Positions 52,166 to 64,000 of a DNA stretch of 64,000 nucleotides are shown here, in pieces. Numbering within the stretch: the first letter of the stretch is position 1; each line of letters opens with the position of its first letter. Made by a program: the position numbers and the translations under genes. The notes under the pieces are model-generated. The model saw only the letters and a program-made list of their open reading frames with translations. It was not told the origin of the DNA and searched no databases. The DNA comes from Chiloscyllium plagiosum (Eukaryota), in NCBI RefSeq assembly GCF_004010195.1, contig NC_057711.1, positions 83,251,623-83,315,622 of the forward strand, in the 5' to 3' direction.

Positions 52166-55100
52166 GTCTGACATCTTTGGAGTGAGTGGTTACTTTTAGC
52201 ACTGGATATTCAGTTAAATTTAAATCAACAGAAAAAAAGGCATTATATACAATTGACTGTAAATCCAGTAGTGTCCAGCAGTTAAGTTCAATTTCATCTA
52301 AGGGTGATACATTTGCTAATGAGCAGCATTGCATATACTTACTCGAATTTCCGGAGAACAGACAATGCTTTGACTACCTACCCAACTCACTTTGACTCTT
52401 TCACTGAAGAAATTCTTGCACACATGTAATTGTCTGCAGGCATTGTCTGCTCCTGGGGAACTGAGGAAAGCTGGCTAATGATTTTTCCCCCTTTTTTAAT
52501 TGCATATTCTGTTAAATGTGGGAAAGTGCAGGTCAGAATAGATAAAAGTATTTTGTCAGCACTTTTTATTGTATATTGTACATTGTATTACAAAATGTCA
52601 CATTATCAAATGTCAATTTTTATTTTTATATTTTCCCTTTAATAAATTGGAAAGATACATGGATAAAACAACTGTGGCAAGGGGGCAAATTCAAGTACAA
52701 TGTTTTGGTCTGAGGCTCCATTTTAAAACACTTAAATTAACATGCATATCATATTATTTTAGATTTGCCTTAAGTCTCTCTCCAATACAACGTAATCCTT
52801 AAAGAACTTGAATATTTGTACACTTTTGATACAGCTGAGTTTGTGTTCTTTGAAAACTTCATACATTAACCAGTAATCAGGACAAGATGTAAATCAGCAC
52901 CATCCAAAGTTTAAAGGCCAGGCAGAAGATAGGAATCCTTCTAATGATTCCCTGTTTTAATATGCCAATACGAGTGAGCTCAGTTTGATAGATCTGCCTG
53001 TAAATCATGCATGGATGGTTGCATATGGAGTGGTTATTGATGATGAGAAGATGAAAGGAATTTCAATAACACTGTATCTATATTGCAGCAAGATCCAGTG
53101 CAATCGCAATATTTTACACAAAATCAATTCGCTCCATTAGCGCAAAAAGAATTCTTTACTGTTTTTTTTTTCACTAGACCCGGTTTTATTACTTTTAACC
53201 AAACCTAAAATTGGAGGAGGTAAATAAATCTTCAAAGAATAATGTTAGCTACAGGAAAAAGTTTTGGTCAATATCGGGTCACCATTTTTTAAATTTATCA
53301 GCAACAATTCAAGGAGGAGAACGAGTCAGCTTTTAATTTCCTTAAAGTATGATGTGTATGATGTGTAACTCAAAACCATTCTTGATTAAAAGGGAATGTC
53401 CGAAATGCTCTTCTGATCAAATGCAATACTTCATTCAACAAGCATAATTCTATTTTCAATCTAAAAATAATGGAAAGTGATGACTGTCAGTGCTGTCTTT
53501 TCATTCAGAAGTAGTTAATCTACTATTTTTTTTTCATGGAGACAGGAAGCAGGAACTGCATTTGATTTTGCCTAGTGACAAATTGATTAAAAGTTCTGAC
53601 TTTTCACAGGACTAAGCCAGTAACTGCTTTGGAAGCAGGAATACTTTCCATTTAAAGAGCCAACGACAGCAAGAATGGAAGTGAGTCAGATGAATTGCAA
53701 GATTCATTTCTAATGGGCTGAGGGGCCTTTTTTCATGCCGTAGACTTCTGATTCTAGCTAGACATTCCAACTGGCCCAATTAAGTATCATGATGGAGAGA
53801 TCCGTTGTTAGAAACAAAGCCTTCAATTTAGAGGGATCCAAATATCTAGTCCATTGATGGTGACTTGGATGGAACAGTGCAGGCCATGAAGGAGGTTGGT
53901 AAGAGGAGGATATGTTTCACAAGTAGGAGGAGCAGCTTTCTGTTCAGTATAATCTTTCTCTACTTCCAGTTCTTCCTCCTGTCTCAGCTCCTGTTTTTGC
54001 TCCTTTCGTAACAACTGTCTGTCTGTGGCCTCGTTGCCCTCAAGGTCCACATCATTCTAAAGGTCTATGTGATAGAGAATGCAGCGCAAGTGTACAGTAG
54101 GGCCTTACCTGACTGGACGAGGAACTGGAGGTGCATCGTCAGAAGTTAGGTGGGCATTTCAATGGGTGTCCTATTGACCAGGTGCATTGAATGTATCACC
54201 TCTGTGCCCCTGAATGGAACTCTGGTAAACAAGTCAGTAACCATCCCTTTAAGGAATTTTCCTTGATCTTAGGTTGATGTGCAAAGTTAAAGTTGGAATG
54301 AGGTGCTGAGATAGCCTGGGCTGGTGTGGAATGAAGCTGTCATAGCATCTGCCAGGAAATTGAGTGCACACAAAGGGTAAGATCTTGTTATCATTGCAGC
54401 CTGTTTTCTGAGGAACTGGAAATTCTTCTGGACACTGGACAGCTAATCAGTACCTTAGTGGCCACACAGGTGCAATCATTGAGGCCTGAACCTGGGTAAA
54501 TTGGGTGAGTGAATAAGGCAGGATCTAAAGCCGTATATCCTGCTCTCTTTGAAACATAACTGCCTTGATATCAATAACTGAAAGGAGATTGCTACTAATT
54601 GACTAGAATGGTGACAATTTGTCCACCAAGCTGTACCACGGTTTGAGTCACAATGTCTTTATAATGAGACAAAGTGGCAGCAGAAAAGAAAAAGGAAGCA
54701 GATGCTGCATTCGAGATCCCACCATCTCTGCCACTGTATCCTGCCTCTTGTACCCAAAGATCTGTGGGTCAAGAATTGGCCTGTAAAGTCACATGAAGAC
54801 TGCAGAAACTTGTGACACTGAGCATAAGCCATCCTTGAATTGAGGGACAGCAAACAACAAGTTTTGTTTCAGATTCTTTACTGTGATGATATCTGCAGAG
54901 ATGGCATTTTCAATGAGAGTTAAGGTCACGTCCTCCCACCTCGGAGGATGATGTGTTCGTTCATCTTAACCATGAAATACTCTAGCTGAGTTGCAGAGGG
55001 GTCTTTCTCAACACATGTGTTTTGATTTTTTTTCTGCAAAATACCAACAAACTTTCATAGTAGTCTATTCTAAAATATATTCCAAAACAAACAAAAGCTT

Positions 55101-55199
55101 AACATTTCCTTTAAAGATCAAATGTTTTAAAAATTCAGCTTCATATCAAGCAGTCCATTTTCAAATGCATCAAAAACTGGAAAATATGCAGACTTCAGC

Positions 55200-55950
55200 T
55201 AATAAGCAGTAAGTAATATTCATGTCACACAAATGCCAGGTATATTACCATCCCCAATAAGATGCAATCTAAATACCACTCCTTGACATTCAATAGTGTT
55301 ACCATTACCCACTGTCAATATCCTATTGACCAGTGACCAGAAATTCAACTCCACTCACCATATAAATACTGAGGCTAGGAATACTGTGGCAAGTTATTCA
55401 TTTCTTGATTCCCCAAAGCCTGATCATGATCCACAAGGACGAGTCAGGAGTGCAATGGAATACTCCCCACTTGCCTGGATGGATGTAGCTCCAACAACAG
55501 TCAAGAAGCTTGACACTATCCAGGACAAAGCAGTCCACTTGACTGGTACCTCATCCACAAGCATCCACTCACTCCACCATTGACACGTAGTAGCAGCAGT
55601 GTGTGCTGTCTACAAGATACACTGCAGAAATTCACCAAAGATCCTCAGACAGCACCTTCCAAAGCCACAACCATTTCTATCTAGAAGGACAAGACAGCAG
55701 ATATTTGGGAACATCACCAACTGCAAGTTCCCCTCCCAGCCACTCATAATCCTGACTTGGAAATACATAGCTGTTTCTTCCCTGTCGCTGGATCATAATT
55801 CCCTCCCAGAGGGTATTGTGCATCAACTTATAACACATGAATTGCAGCAGTTCAAGAAGGTAGCTTTCCACCACTTTCTCAAAGGCAACTAAAGATGGGC
55901 AATAAATGCTGGCCAGCCAGTGATATCCATGTCCTATGAATGAATTTTAA
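55200..55950 (+). mobile_element. Old CR1/L2-clade LINE 3' region; related pieces at 2440-2600, 30070-30170 and 57680-58240 (-)
   Basis: VRSAMEYSPLAW...KLDTIQDKA; tail ccactttctcaaaggcaact...aataaatgctggcc. Confidence 0.78.
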
Positions 55951-56034
55951 AAAAATTACAAAGCAGATATGCCTGATTTGTTTTTGGCAGGACCAATCTA
56001 AAATGTCCACATTAAAACTAAGCTTTCAATGCAA

Positions 56035-56416
56035 GTAATGCAGATTACCTCGGCGCCAACGGTCTTTTCACAGCAGAGAGCGGCGCGAGCTGGGCGGAAG
56101 TGAAGTTGGAGCGCAGAGCTAGTCGGGAAGGTAAGTGATTGATATTTAAGAACTTACCTCAACGCCAACGGTCTTTTCACAGCAGAGAGCAGCGCGAGCT
56201 GGGCGGAAGTGAAGTTGGAGCGCAGAGCTAGTCGGGAAGATAAGTGATTGATATTTGAGTGGGTGTGTTCTAGACCCCAGGCCTCCGTCCCATCCTCCTC
56301 CTCTAACCTAACTTTAAAGTCCACAGGTAAGCTACTCAGTGTTCTTGTTTTGGAGACGAAGTGTAGAGTAATGGCAGCGCAGGCAGTGGAATGTTCCTCC
56401 TGCCGGATGTTTGAGG
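56035..56416 (+). mobile_element. CR1 LINE 5'UTR with two 109-bp CpG-rich monomers and ORF1 start
   Basis: Units start at 56045 and 56154; ATG at 56371 gives MAAQAVECSSCRMFE (CxxC N-terminus typical of CR1 ORF1). Confidence 0.75.
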
Positions 56417-57447
56417 TTTGAACTCATGACCCCTAGCAATTGAGTCCCCCACTCTGGGAAAAATCTCCTTGCTATCCACTCTGTCTATATCGCTCATGAT
56501 TTTGTAGGCCTCAATCAGGTCCCCCCCAACCTCCGTCTTTCCAATGAAAATAATCCTAATCTACTCAACCTCTCCTCATAGCTAGCACCCTCCATATCAG
56601 GCAACATCCTGGGGAACCTCCTCTGCACCCTCTCCAAAGCATCCACATCCTTTGCGACCAGAACTGTACACAGTACAGTAGCACCTCGACATACGAACGA
56701 CCCCATTCATGAACAAATTGGTTTATGAACAGGTTTGTACATAAAATTTTGCTTCAACGTACGTACGAAATTCAAGGTACGAACGCAAAAAGCCCGTGTG
56801 CGACCACGTGGTTTCATTGTTCTGCTTTGCTACGCGTGCTCTGAATGCAAAAGCTCTCGGTCCCTGCGTGATCTCATTCAGTTCGTCTTTGGCACGTGTG
56901 CTGTGAACAGCGTTTGTTGCTACGTCCAAGCACTCTTATGCTATCCGAACAATGGGAAAAATTGATTCAGTTCGCAAACTTTTAGGTTCGTGAACAGGGT
57001 CCCGGAATGGATTAAGTTCGTAAGTCGAGGCGCTACTGTATTCCAAATGTGGCTGAACCAAAGTCTTATACAACTGTAACATAACCTGTCAACTCTTGTA
57101 CTCAATACCCCATCCAATGAAGGAAAGCATGCCATATATCTTCTTGATCACTCTACTAACCTGCATTGCCACCTTCAGGGAACAATGGCACTGAACACAT
57201 AGATCTATCTGTACATCAATTTTCCCCAGGACTTTTCCATTTACTGTATAGTTTAGTCTTGAATTGAATCTTCCAAAATGCATCATCTCGCATTTGTCCG
57301 GATTGAACTCCATCTGCGATTTATCTGCCCAACTCTCTAATCTATCTATATTCTGCTGTATTTTCTGACAGTCCCCTTCACTATCTGCTACTCCACCAAT
57401 CTTAGTGTCATCTGCAAACTTGCTAATGAGGCAAACTACACCTTCCT
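56417..57447 (-). mobile_element. CR1 LINE RT fragment interrupted by a MITE
   Basis: SKFADDTKIGG...MEFNPDKC; LERVQRRF...YEERLSRLGLFSLERRRL. Confidence 0.9.
56676..57038. mobile_element. Tigger/pogo-like MITE, 363 bp
   Basis: TIRs CAGTAGCACCTCGACATACGAAC and GTTCGTAAGTCGAGGCGCTACTG; TA duplication at 56674-56675 and 57039-57040; splits the LINE EYC codons. Confidence 0.92.
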
Positions 57448-58289
57448 CCATGTATGAAGGTACACATGTATGAAGGTACACAATTCTTTGAGAACACTTG
57501 CAGACAGGAGCAAATACAGAGAAGGAACTGGAGAAAGGAATGCCAGGGATCTCAAGGCCAATGATCAACCCCATCTCCAGAAAACACCTGCTCAGTATAT
57601 GTTGGGAGATCGAGCTCTAGGAATGATCTCATTAGCCACACAGGAACCAAAAAACCCATGACCAGTGACATGGAATTTTTTCAGTGCATAGTCGTACTTA
57701 TTAATGATGATTGTGGTTGAGTTCCAATGAGGATGGTGTCTAGCTTGGAGGGGAACCCATATGTGGTCGTGTTTCCCTGCACTTGCTGTTCTTGTCCCTC
57801 TAGGTGATAGAGGTTATGGGTTTGAAATGTGCTGTCAAAGGAGACTTAGTGAGTGACTGTAGTACATCTTGTAGATTGTGCACACTGCTGGCATTGAGTA
57901 TTGATAGTGAAGGGAGTGAATATTGGAGGTAATGGATGAGTGTCAATTGAGTCAATTTGTTTATTGGATGGTAGCAGGCTTTTGAAGACAGGTAGCAAAT
58001 AGCAAGACTTCCTAGCCTCTGCCCTGTGCTTTCAATCGAAGAATTGGCCCGATCAAGTTTCAGGCCAATGGCAGTCATCAAGATATTGGTAGTGAGAGGT
58101 TCAGCAATGGTAATGCCATTGAACATCAAAGGACGAGGGTTAAACATTTGCATGTTGGAGATGGTCATTGTCTGTTATTTCTATGGCACAAATGTTACTT
58201 GTTTTTTTTTAGCATAAATCAGAATGCTGTCCAAGTCTTTCTGCTCTTATAGCCAGACCCTGGATGCTGTTTTTCAAGTTATGATTAGT

Positions 58290-58564
58290 TTACTTACAGT
58301 GTGGAAACAGACCCTCCGAAGAGCAACCCACCAAGAGCAATCCCCTACATTTACCCCTTCACCTGACACTGGCAATTGCACATGGCCAATTCACCTAACC
58401 TGCACATCTTTGGACTGTGGGAGGAAACCGGAGCACCTGGAGGAAACCCACGCAGACACAGGGAGAATGTGCAAACTCCACACAGAAAGTTGCCCGAGGC
58501 GGGAATTGAACCCAGGTGTCTGGCGCTGTGAGGCAGCAGTGCTAACCACTGTGCCACCATGCCA
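58290..58564 (-). mobile_element. HE1-type SINE
   Basis: Reverse complement of the canonical SINE. Confidence 0.9.
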
Positions 58565-60199
58565 CCATGATTTCAGACATGATACACCAAATTGTAAAAC
58601 TCCTGGGCAAGGAGGAAGAACTGGCTCCCTTCATTTCCACTCTCACCCTCTCATTTGATTGCGATAAGGTTAATTTACAAAGGATTCACTCCCTTGGGTA
58701 TACTTCACTCCTAGCCCAAATGAATTGATGATTTAAAAGTAACTAATTTAACCAGGATTTCTTAACAATCAAAAAAGTAAATTTGTTACTAAATCTGAGA
58801 AGAGATAGTCACACAAACATATAAATTAGAAATGAGAAATTAGTTAAAAAAAGCGATAAAAGTTAAAAGTACTGATAAATCTCTGGATCATTCTTGAGGA
58901 GTTGATAGAGGAGTGCTCAAATTTAGATAGTCAATTTGGGATTCTTGATTAAGTTAGTTGAAACTCTTTTGTCTTGTTTCCTTTTGACAGTGACTGGTAA
59001 CACTGAGAACAAGAGATTCCTTCAGTTGTCCTGTTTCTTTCTCACTGGCATGCTGACTAGCTGTTTTCTAGCCCCCAGAGTGAGACAATCCTTTACTTGC
59101 AATGCAGGGGTGACTAGTGGATGTTTCTTTGACTGTGAGTTAAGCAGTACCCTTGAGCTTGATTCTAGGCCAATTCACAGATGTACAACAACTAACTAAT
59201 GTACCTCTTCCATTGAAGTACACAGATCAGTTTGAAAAGGTTTTGTTCTTGAAAAGGAACATGTCTCTCGTACAGATTTCTGTCTTTACTCCCACCACTC
59301 TCATATTCTGAAATACCTCCCAGGTGAATATATATCAGCTTGTACACATTTTTCCTGCTTTGAATCCATCCCTTTGAAGCTTCCTTGACACCTTGTCAGC
59401 ACTCTTCCCTGTAATGTTTATGTAGCTGTTAAGGGGACCTTAAAGGTCTGTGTACAGTAGCAGGTCTTCGAAACAGAAGTCTTTCATTGGCATTATGATT
59501 GACATGGCCAGAGCTTCCCAGTAGCTGTATGGTGGGTTGCTTCTCTGGTTTAACTCTCCAGGGACTCTTTCCCCAGACAGCCAATGAATTTACACATCCA
59601 CAGTAATTTGTTGGTCTGTATCTCTCCTCTTTAAAAAAAACACAGTGTAATTTAAAATGCGATGTATCCATAGGTAATCCGATGCTATAAATTATGGCCA
59701 TGACACTGTATATGAACATGGTCTGCTTCAGTGTCTGAGGAGTTGAAAATATTATGCAGAGAAATTTCCCATTTCATATTTTATGATGGAAGCAAGGCCT
59801 TTGATAAAGTTGTTGAAGATGGTTGGATCTAGCAGATGCAACTATAATATTACCAGCGACTACAAAGAAAGTAAACCAGAACTCTGCTTTCATTTCATGT
59901 GAGAAACATAATTTCTCTCTAGAGGCCCGTGGATTGCAACAACATTTACTGCCTGCTTATCTATGATTCAAAGCCCTATTTCTGGCAAGCAGATGCTCTG
60001 AGAAGTAATGGAATTACAGTCAATATAGTACACATGCATCTCTGATCCCCAATTTCTCACACTCCCTTCCACACTCAGTGAAGATGATGAACTTGATGAA
60101 GACTTGAAGTTTGCCATCCAGCCTTTGAAACCCCACCCAGATGGTCACATGTGAACCTGGGTGGTAAAAGCTAACAGATCACTTCGCCAGGAGAGGCAG

Positions 60200-60450
60200 T
60201 GGGACATAAATTTAAGGTGAAGGGTGGAAGGTATAGGGGAGATGTCAGGGGTAGGTTCTTTACCCAGAGAGTGGTGGGGGCATGGAATGCGCTGCCTGTG
60301 GGAGTGGCAGAGTCAGAATCATTGGCGACCTTTAAGTGGCAATTGGATAGGTACATGGATGGGTGCTTAAGCTCGGACAAATGTTCAGCACAACATCGTG
60401 TGCCGAAGGGCCTGTTCTGTGCTGTATTATGCTATGTTCTATGTTCTATT
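60200..60450 (+). mobile_element. CR1 LINE 3' end
   Basis: GHKFKVKGGRYRGDVRGRFFTQRVV; (TATGTTC)n tail. Confidence 0.88.
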
Positions 60451-61664
60451 GGTTTATGTTGTCTTTAGTACGTTTTCTGTCTCTCTACTTCTGTATTATA
60501 GATCTTAGGGCTGAAATTTATGTACAACAGTGACTACTATTCAACAGTACTTAATTGGCTTTAAAGCACTTTGGCAGTCTGAGGTAATGAAAGGCATTAT
60601 ATAAAGGTAATTTTTTAAAGACAACTTGTGTCTCAACATAAGCCCCAACTATAACCTCTCTAGCCAATGAGTCTAAATATAAAATAATGGAGGATTTGTG
60701 CTGAATGAAGACATCTGGTCTACACTTCATGTCTGTAAAATGAGAAGTGACCTTGTCCTGTTAATTGCTAGGGAATTAATTTTAAAATAATTGTTTGAAT
60801 GACTGGCCCTTTTCATGTTCTATGAGGTTAGATCTTTTCATTCTATTTTATATTGGTGCTTGCTTGAGTTTCATTTTCAACTTTGAAATCTGTATTAAAT
60901 AATCTTAAATCTGCAGAGAAAAAGTAGATTTAATAAACAGTGGAGGAGTAAGTTCAGAACAAAAATGCTGAGCAATATTTCACTAAAACATAATACTTTG
61001 TAACATCATTTCTTCTCCATTTTGGCTGAAAGCGATTTGAAAGATCATGATACATGTTCACAAAAATAACCTACAGGGAAGCTGATCAAAGCCACAGAGT
61101 CATAGAGGTCTACAGCACAGAAAAAAGTCCTTTGGCCCATTGAGTCTACAGTGGTTAAACCAACATCAAACTATTCTAATCCCATTTCCCAACACTTGGC
61201 TCATAGCCTTAACATCACAAATGTAGATCCAAGGATTTCTTAAATATTATGAGCCTGTACCAACCTTACAGGCAGTGAGTTTCAGATACCCACTCTAAAT
61301 GAAAACATTTCCTTACATTCCCTTTAAATCTCTTGCTGCTTCTTTTAAACTGGGTCCTGGTCATTGATTCCCTCCCATGAAGACAATAAGTTTCTGTCTA
61401 TCCTATCTATGCCCCTCACAATTTTATACATCTCAATCATGACGCCACCCATACCCCACCTCAGTCTCCTCGGCTCCAAGGTAAACAAATCCAGTCTGTC
61501 CAATTTCTCTTCATAACCAAAACTCTCAGAGCAGGCAACATGTTGGTAAATCTTCTTTGCACTGTCTCCAGTGCAATCATATGGTGGGTTGATGGTACAC
61601 CTGTGACCTAACTCCATGCACTTATCTTCTCCCCATATCTTTTACTACCTTGGGCTAGCATAAG

Positions 61665-61955
61665 TCTATTAATTTTAGTTGCAATAAAAAAGAAGTGCTG
61701 AAAATACTCAGCAAGTCCGGCAGCATTTGTGCAGAGTGAAACTGTTAACGTTTTGATTAGAATGTGGCACCTTTTTAGAATATCTAATTTCCATTTGCAA
61801 ATGGATTCCATCTATTAATTTTAGTTGCAATAAAAAAGAATGCTGAAAATACTCAGCAAGTCCGGCAGCATTTGTGCAGAGTGAAACTGTTAACATTTTG
61901 ATTAGAATATGGCACCTTTTTAGAATATCTAATTTCCATTTGCAAATGGATTCCA
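61665..61955. repeat. Tandem duplication of about 146 bp, slightly diverged
   Basis: 61665-61810 versus 61811-61955, with a few differences. Confidence 0.9.
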
Positions 61956-62484
61956 AATTTCTGTCACCATTTGGTTCTTGTTTAGACTTTGTTTCCTAGT
62001 CCTAGCCACTCCAATCAGGAAAAATGATTTCTCTGGTTCCATTAATATCTTGGAGGATTTTACTACATCATTCTTCAACCATCATTATTTCAGTAAATAC
62101 AATCTTACTTTAAGTTCGTTCACTTCATGATGTAAAGTTTGGAGTCTTTCTGTTGTTCTGGTAAACTCATGTTGTGCTCTCTTCAAAGGCAGTATTCCTT
62201 GCTGATATTTGGTGTTCAGGATTGAAAGGAGTATTTCACTCTGCTTCATATCAACAAGTAAAGCAAGGTGTTCAAATCCTTATAGAAACCAAAAGAAGAA
62301 AGGAGTTCTGCAACAAAAGGAACTGAAGAGTCAAACACAATATTATTGTAAAGTTAAACACACATTAGCTGACAAATAGTGTTTGAATGAAAATGGTACA
62401 ATTCATTTTCATTGATAGAACAAAGACAATTCTCATATGGTTCACACAAAGCATCATCTCTAACTACAAGGTTTTTGAGTTAGA

Positions 62485-62812
62485 GGCGGCATGGTGGTTC
62501 AGTGGTTAGCACTGCTGCCTCACAGCGCCAAGGACCTGGGTTTAGTTCCTGTCTCGGGCAACTGTCTGTGTGGAGTTTGCACGTTCTCCCCGTGTCTGTG
62601 TGGGTTTCCTCCAGGTGCTCCGTTTCCTCCCACAGTCCAAAGATGTACAGGTTAGGTGAATTGGCCATAATAAATTGCCCGTAGTATTAGGTGCATTAGC
62701 CAGGGGTGAATATAGGGGAATGGGTCTGGATGGGTTGCTCTTCGGAGGGTTGGTGTGGACTTGTTGGGCCGAAGGGCCTGTTTCCGCACTGTAGGGAATC
62801 TAATCTAATCTA
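62485..62812 (+). mobile_element. HE1-type SINE
   Basis: Canonical head; (AATCT)n tail. Confidence 0.92.
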
Positions 62813-64000
62813 AATATGCCTCCTAAAAATGGGAATTTCAGAAGTGCACACAGTATTCTAACTGTGGCCTAACCAAAATGTTTATACAATTCCAACATAA
62901 TCTCCCTACTCTTAAACTCTATGCTTTGGCTAACTAAGATAAATATCGCACATAACTCCTTAATCATTCTATAGCTGCCCTGCTACCTTAAGGGACCAAT
63001 GGGCATGTATACCAATGTCCGTCTGATCCTGGTGCTTCCCAGGGTCCTACCTCTCATCATGTAATCCATTGCCCTGTTTGTCATTCCCAGGTGTATCACC
63101 TTGCATTGATCCAAATCAATTTCCATTTACTGCTGATTAGCCTTCTACATTGTCCTGTAATCTAAGGCTATCCTCCTCACTATTTACCACCCCACCAGTT
63201 TCACATCATCTGTGAACTTCCTAATCAAGCCTCATACATCCAAGTCCAAACTGTTTAAACGTTGATTCCTGTTGAACTCCACTGGACACATGCATTCAGT
63301 CACAAAAAAAAACCCTCAATCATTACCCTCTGCTTCCTGCCACTCAGTCAATTCTGGATCCAATTAGTCAAATTTCCTTGGATCCCATAGACTCTTACCT
63401 ATGCTATCAGTCTCTGATGTGGGACTTTCTTAAAAGCCTTACTGAAGTCCAAACAGACTACATTACATACATTGTCTTTATCTACATACCTGGTATCTCT
63501 TCAACCAAGTTGGTCAGATATGATCTCCCCTTAACAAAACTGTGCTGTTTTTAACTAATTCCTGCCTTTCCAACTGCAGATTAATTCTGTCCCTGAGAAT
63601 TGCTTCCAATAGTTTCCCCACCACTGCCTGGCTGATAGCTTCCTGGTTTATCCCTTGTTCCCTTCTTGAATAATGGTACCACCGTATTGGTTGTCCTCCA
63701 GTTCTTTGGAAGCTCTGCCAAGACCAGGGAGAAATTGAAAATTATTGCCAATGTCCTAAATTTTCTTCCTTGCCTCATTTCATGCAGCTCTGGATATTTA
63801 TCAACTTTTAAGCTGGCCAAATTGCTCAGAACGTCATCGCTGTCAATGCTACTTTCTCTAAGTACATCACAATCCTTCTCCTTGATTTCTATCCTCATAT
63901 TGTTTCTCTCACTAGTGAACACTGACACAAAATATTCACTTTGAAACCTACTTGTGATTCCATACACAAAACTCTCATATGCCAGTTTTTGAATGAAGTT

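Larger units (their letters stand above)
61095..63955 (-). mobile_element. Decayed CR1 LINE RT, interrupted at about 61585-62815
   Basis: YEEKLDRLDLFTLE at 61345-61580; continuation from 62820; PKNWR...PLFKKG at about 63660-63710. Confidence 0.8.

Noticed and set aside
56045..56256. Direct repeats as a CRISPR array
   Set aside because: Two 109-bp tandem units without spacers, eukaryotic context, no cas genes.
58570..59770. Possible old solo LTRs (also 8630-9560)
   Set aside because: Only vague compositional resemblance; could not define termini or TSDs.

Overview
Vertebrate genomic DNA, almost certainly shark/elasmobranch (HE1-type SINEs, HER1/CR1 LINEs, Deu-domain SINE). The only host coding sequence I can support is one 189-nt exon of NTRK2 (TrkB juxtamembrane region with the NPQY Shc site) at 48246-48434 on the + strand, so the window is probably large NTRK2 introns. 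The rest is mostly transposon-derived: CR1 LINEs (one near full length), HE1 SINEs, a decayed SCAN-bearing Gmr1-type Gypsy element, Harbinger remnants, a Tigger-like MITE and many Penelope-like elements (PLEs). The most notable signal is a dispersed set of minimal hammerhead-ribozyme motifs in two PLE families, including tiny (85-220 bp) mostly palindromic insertions with 13-16 bp target-site duplications. Also notable are a 482-bp fold-back palindrome, a 118-bp templated inverted insertion and a candidate truncated-TrkB terminal exon. Repeat boundaries are approximate and read by eye.
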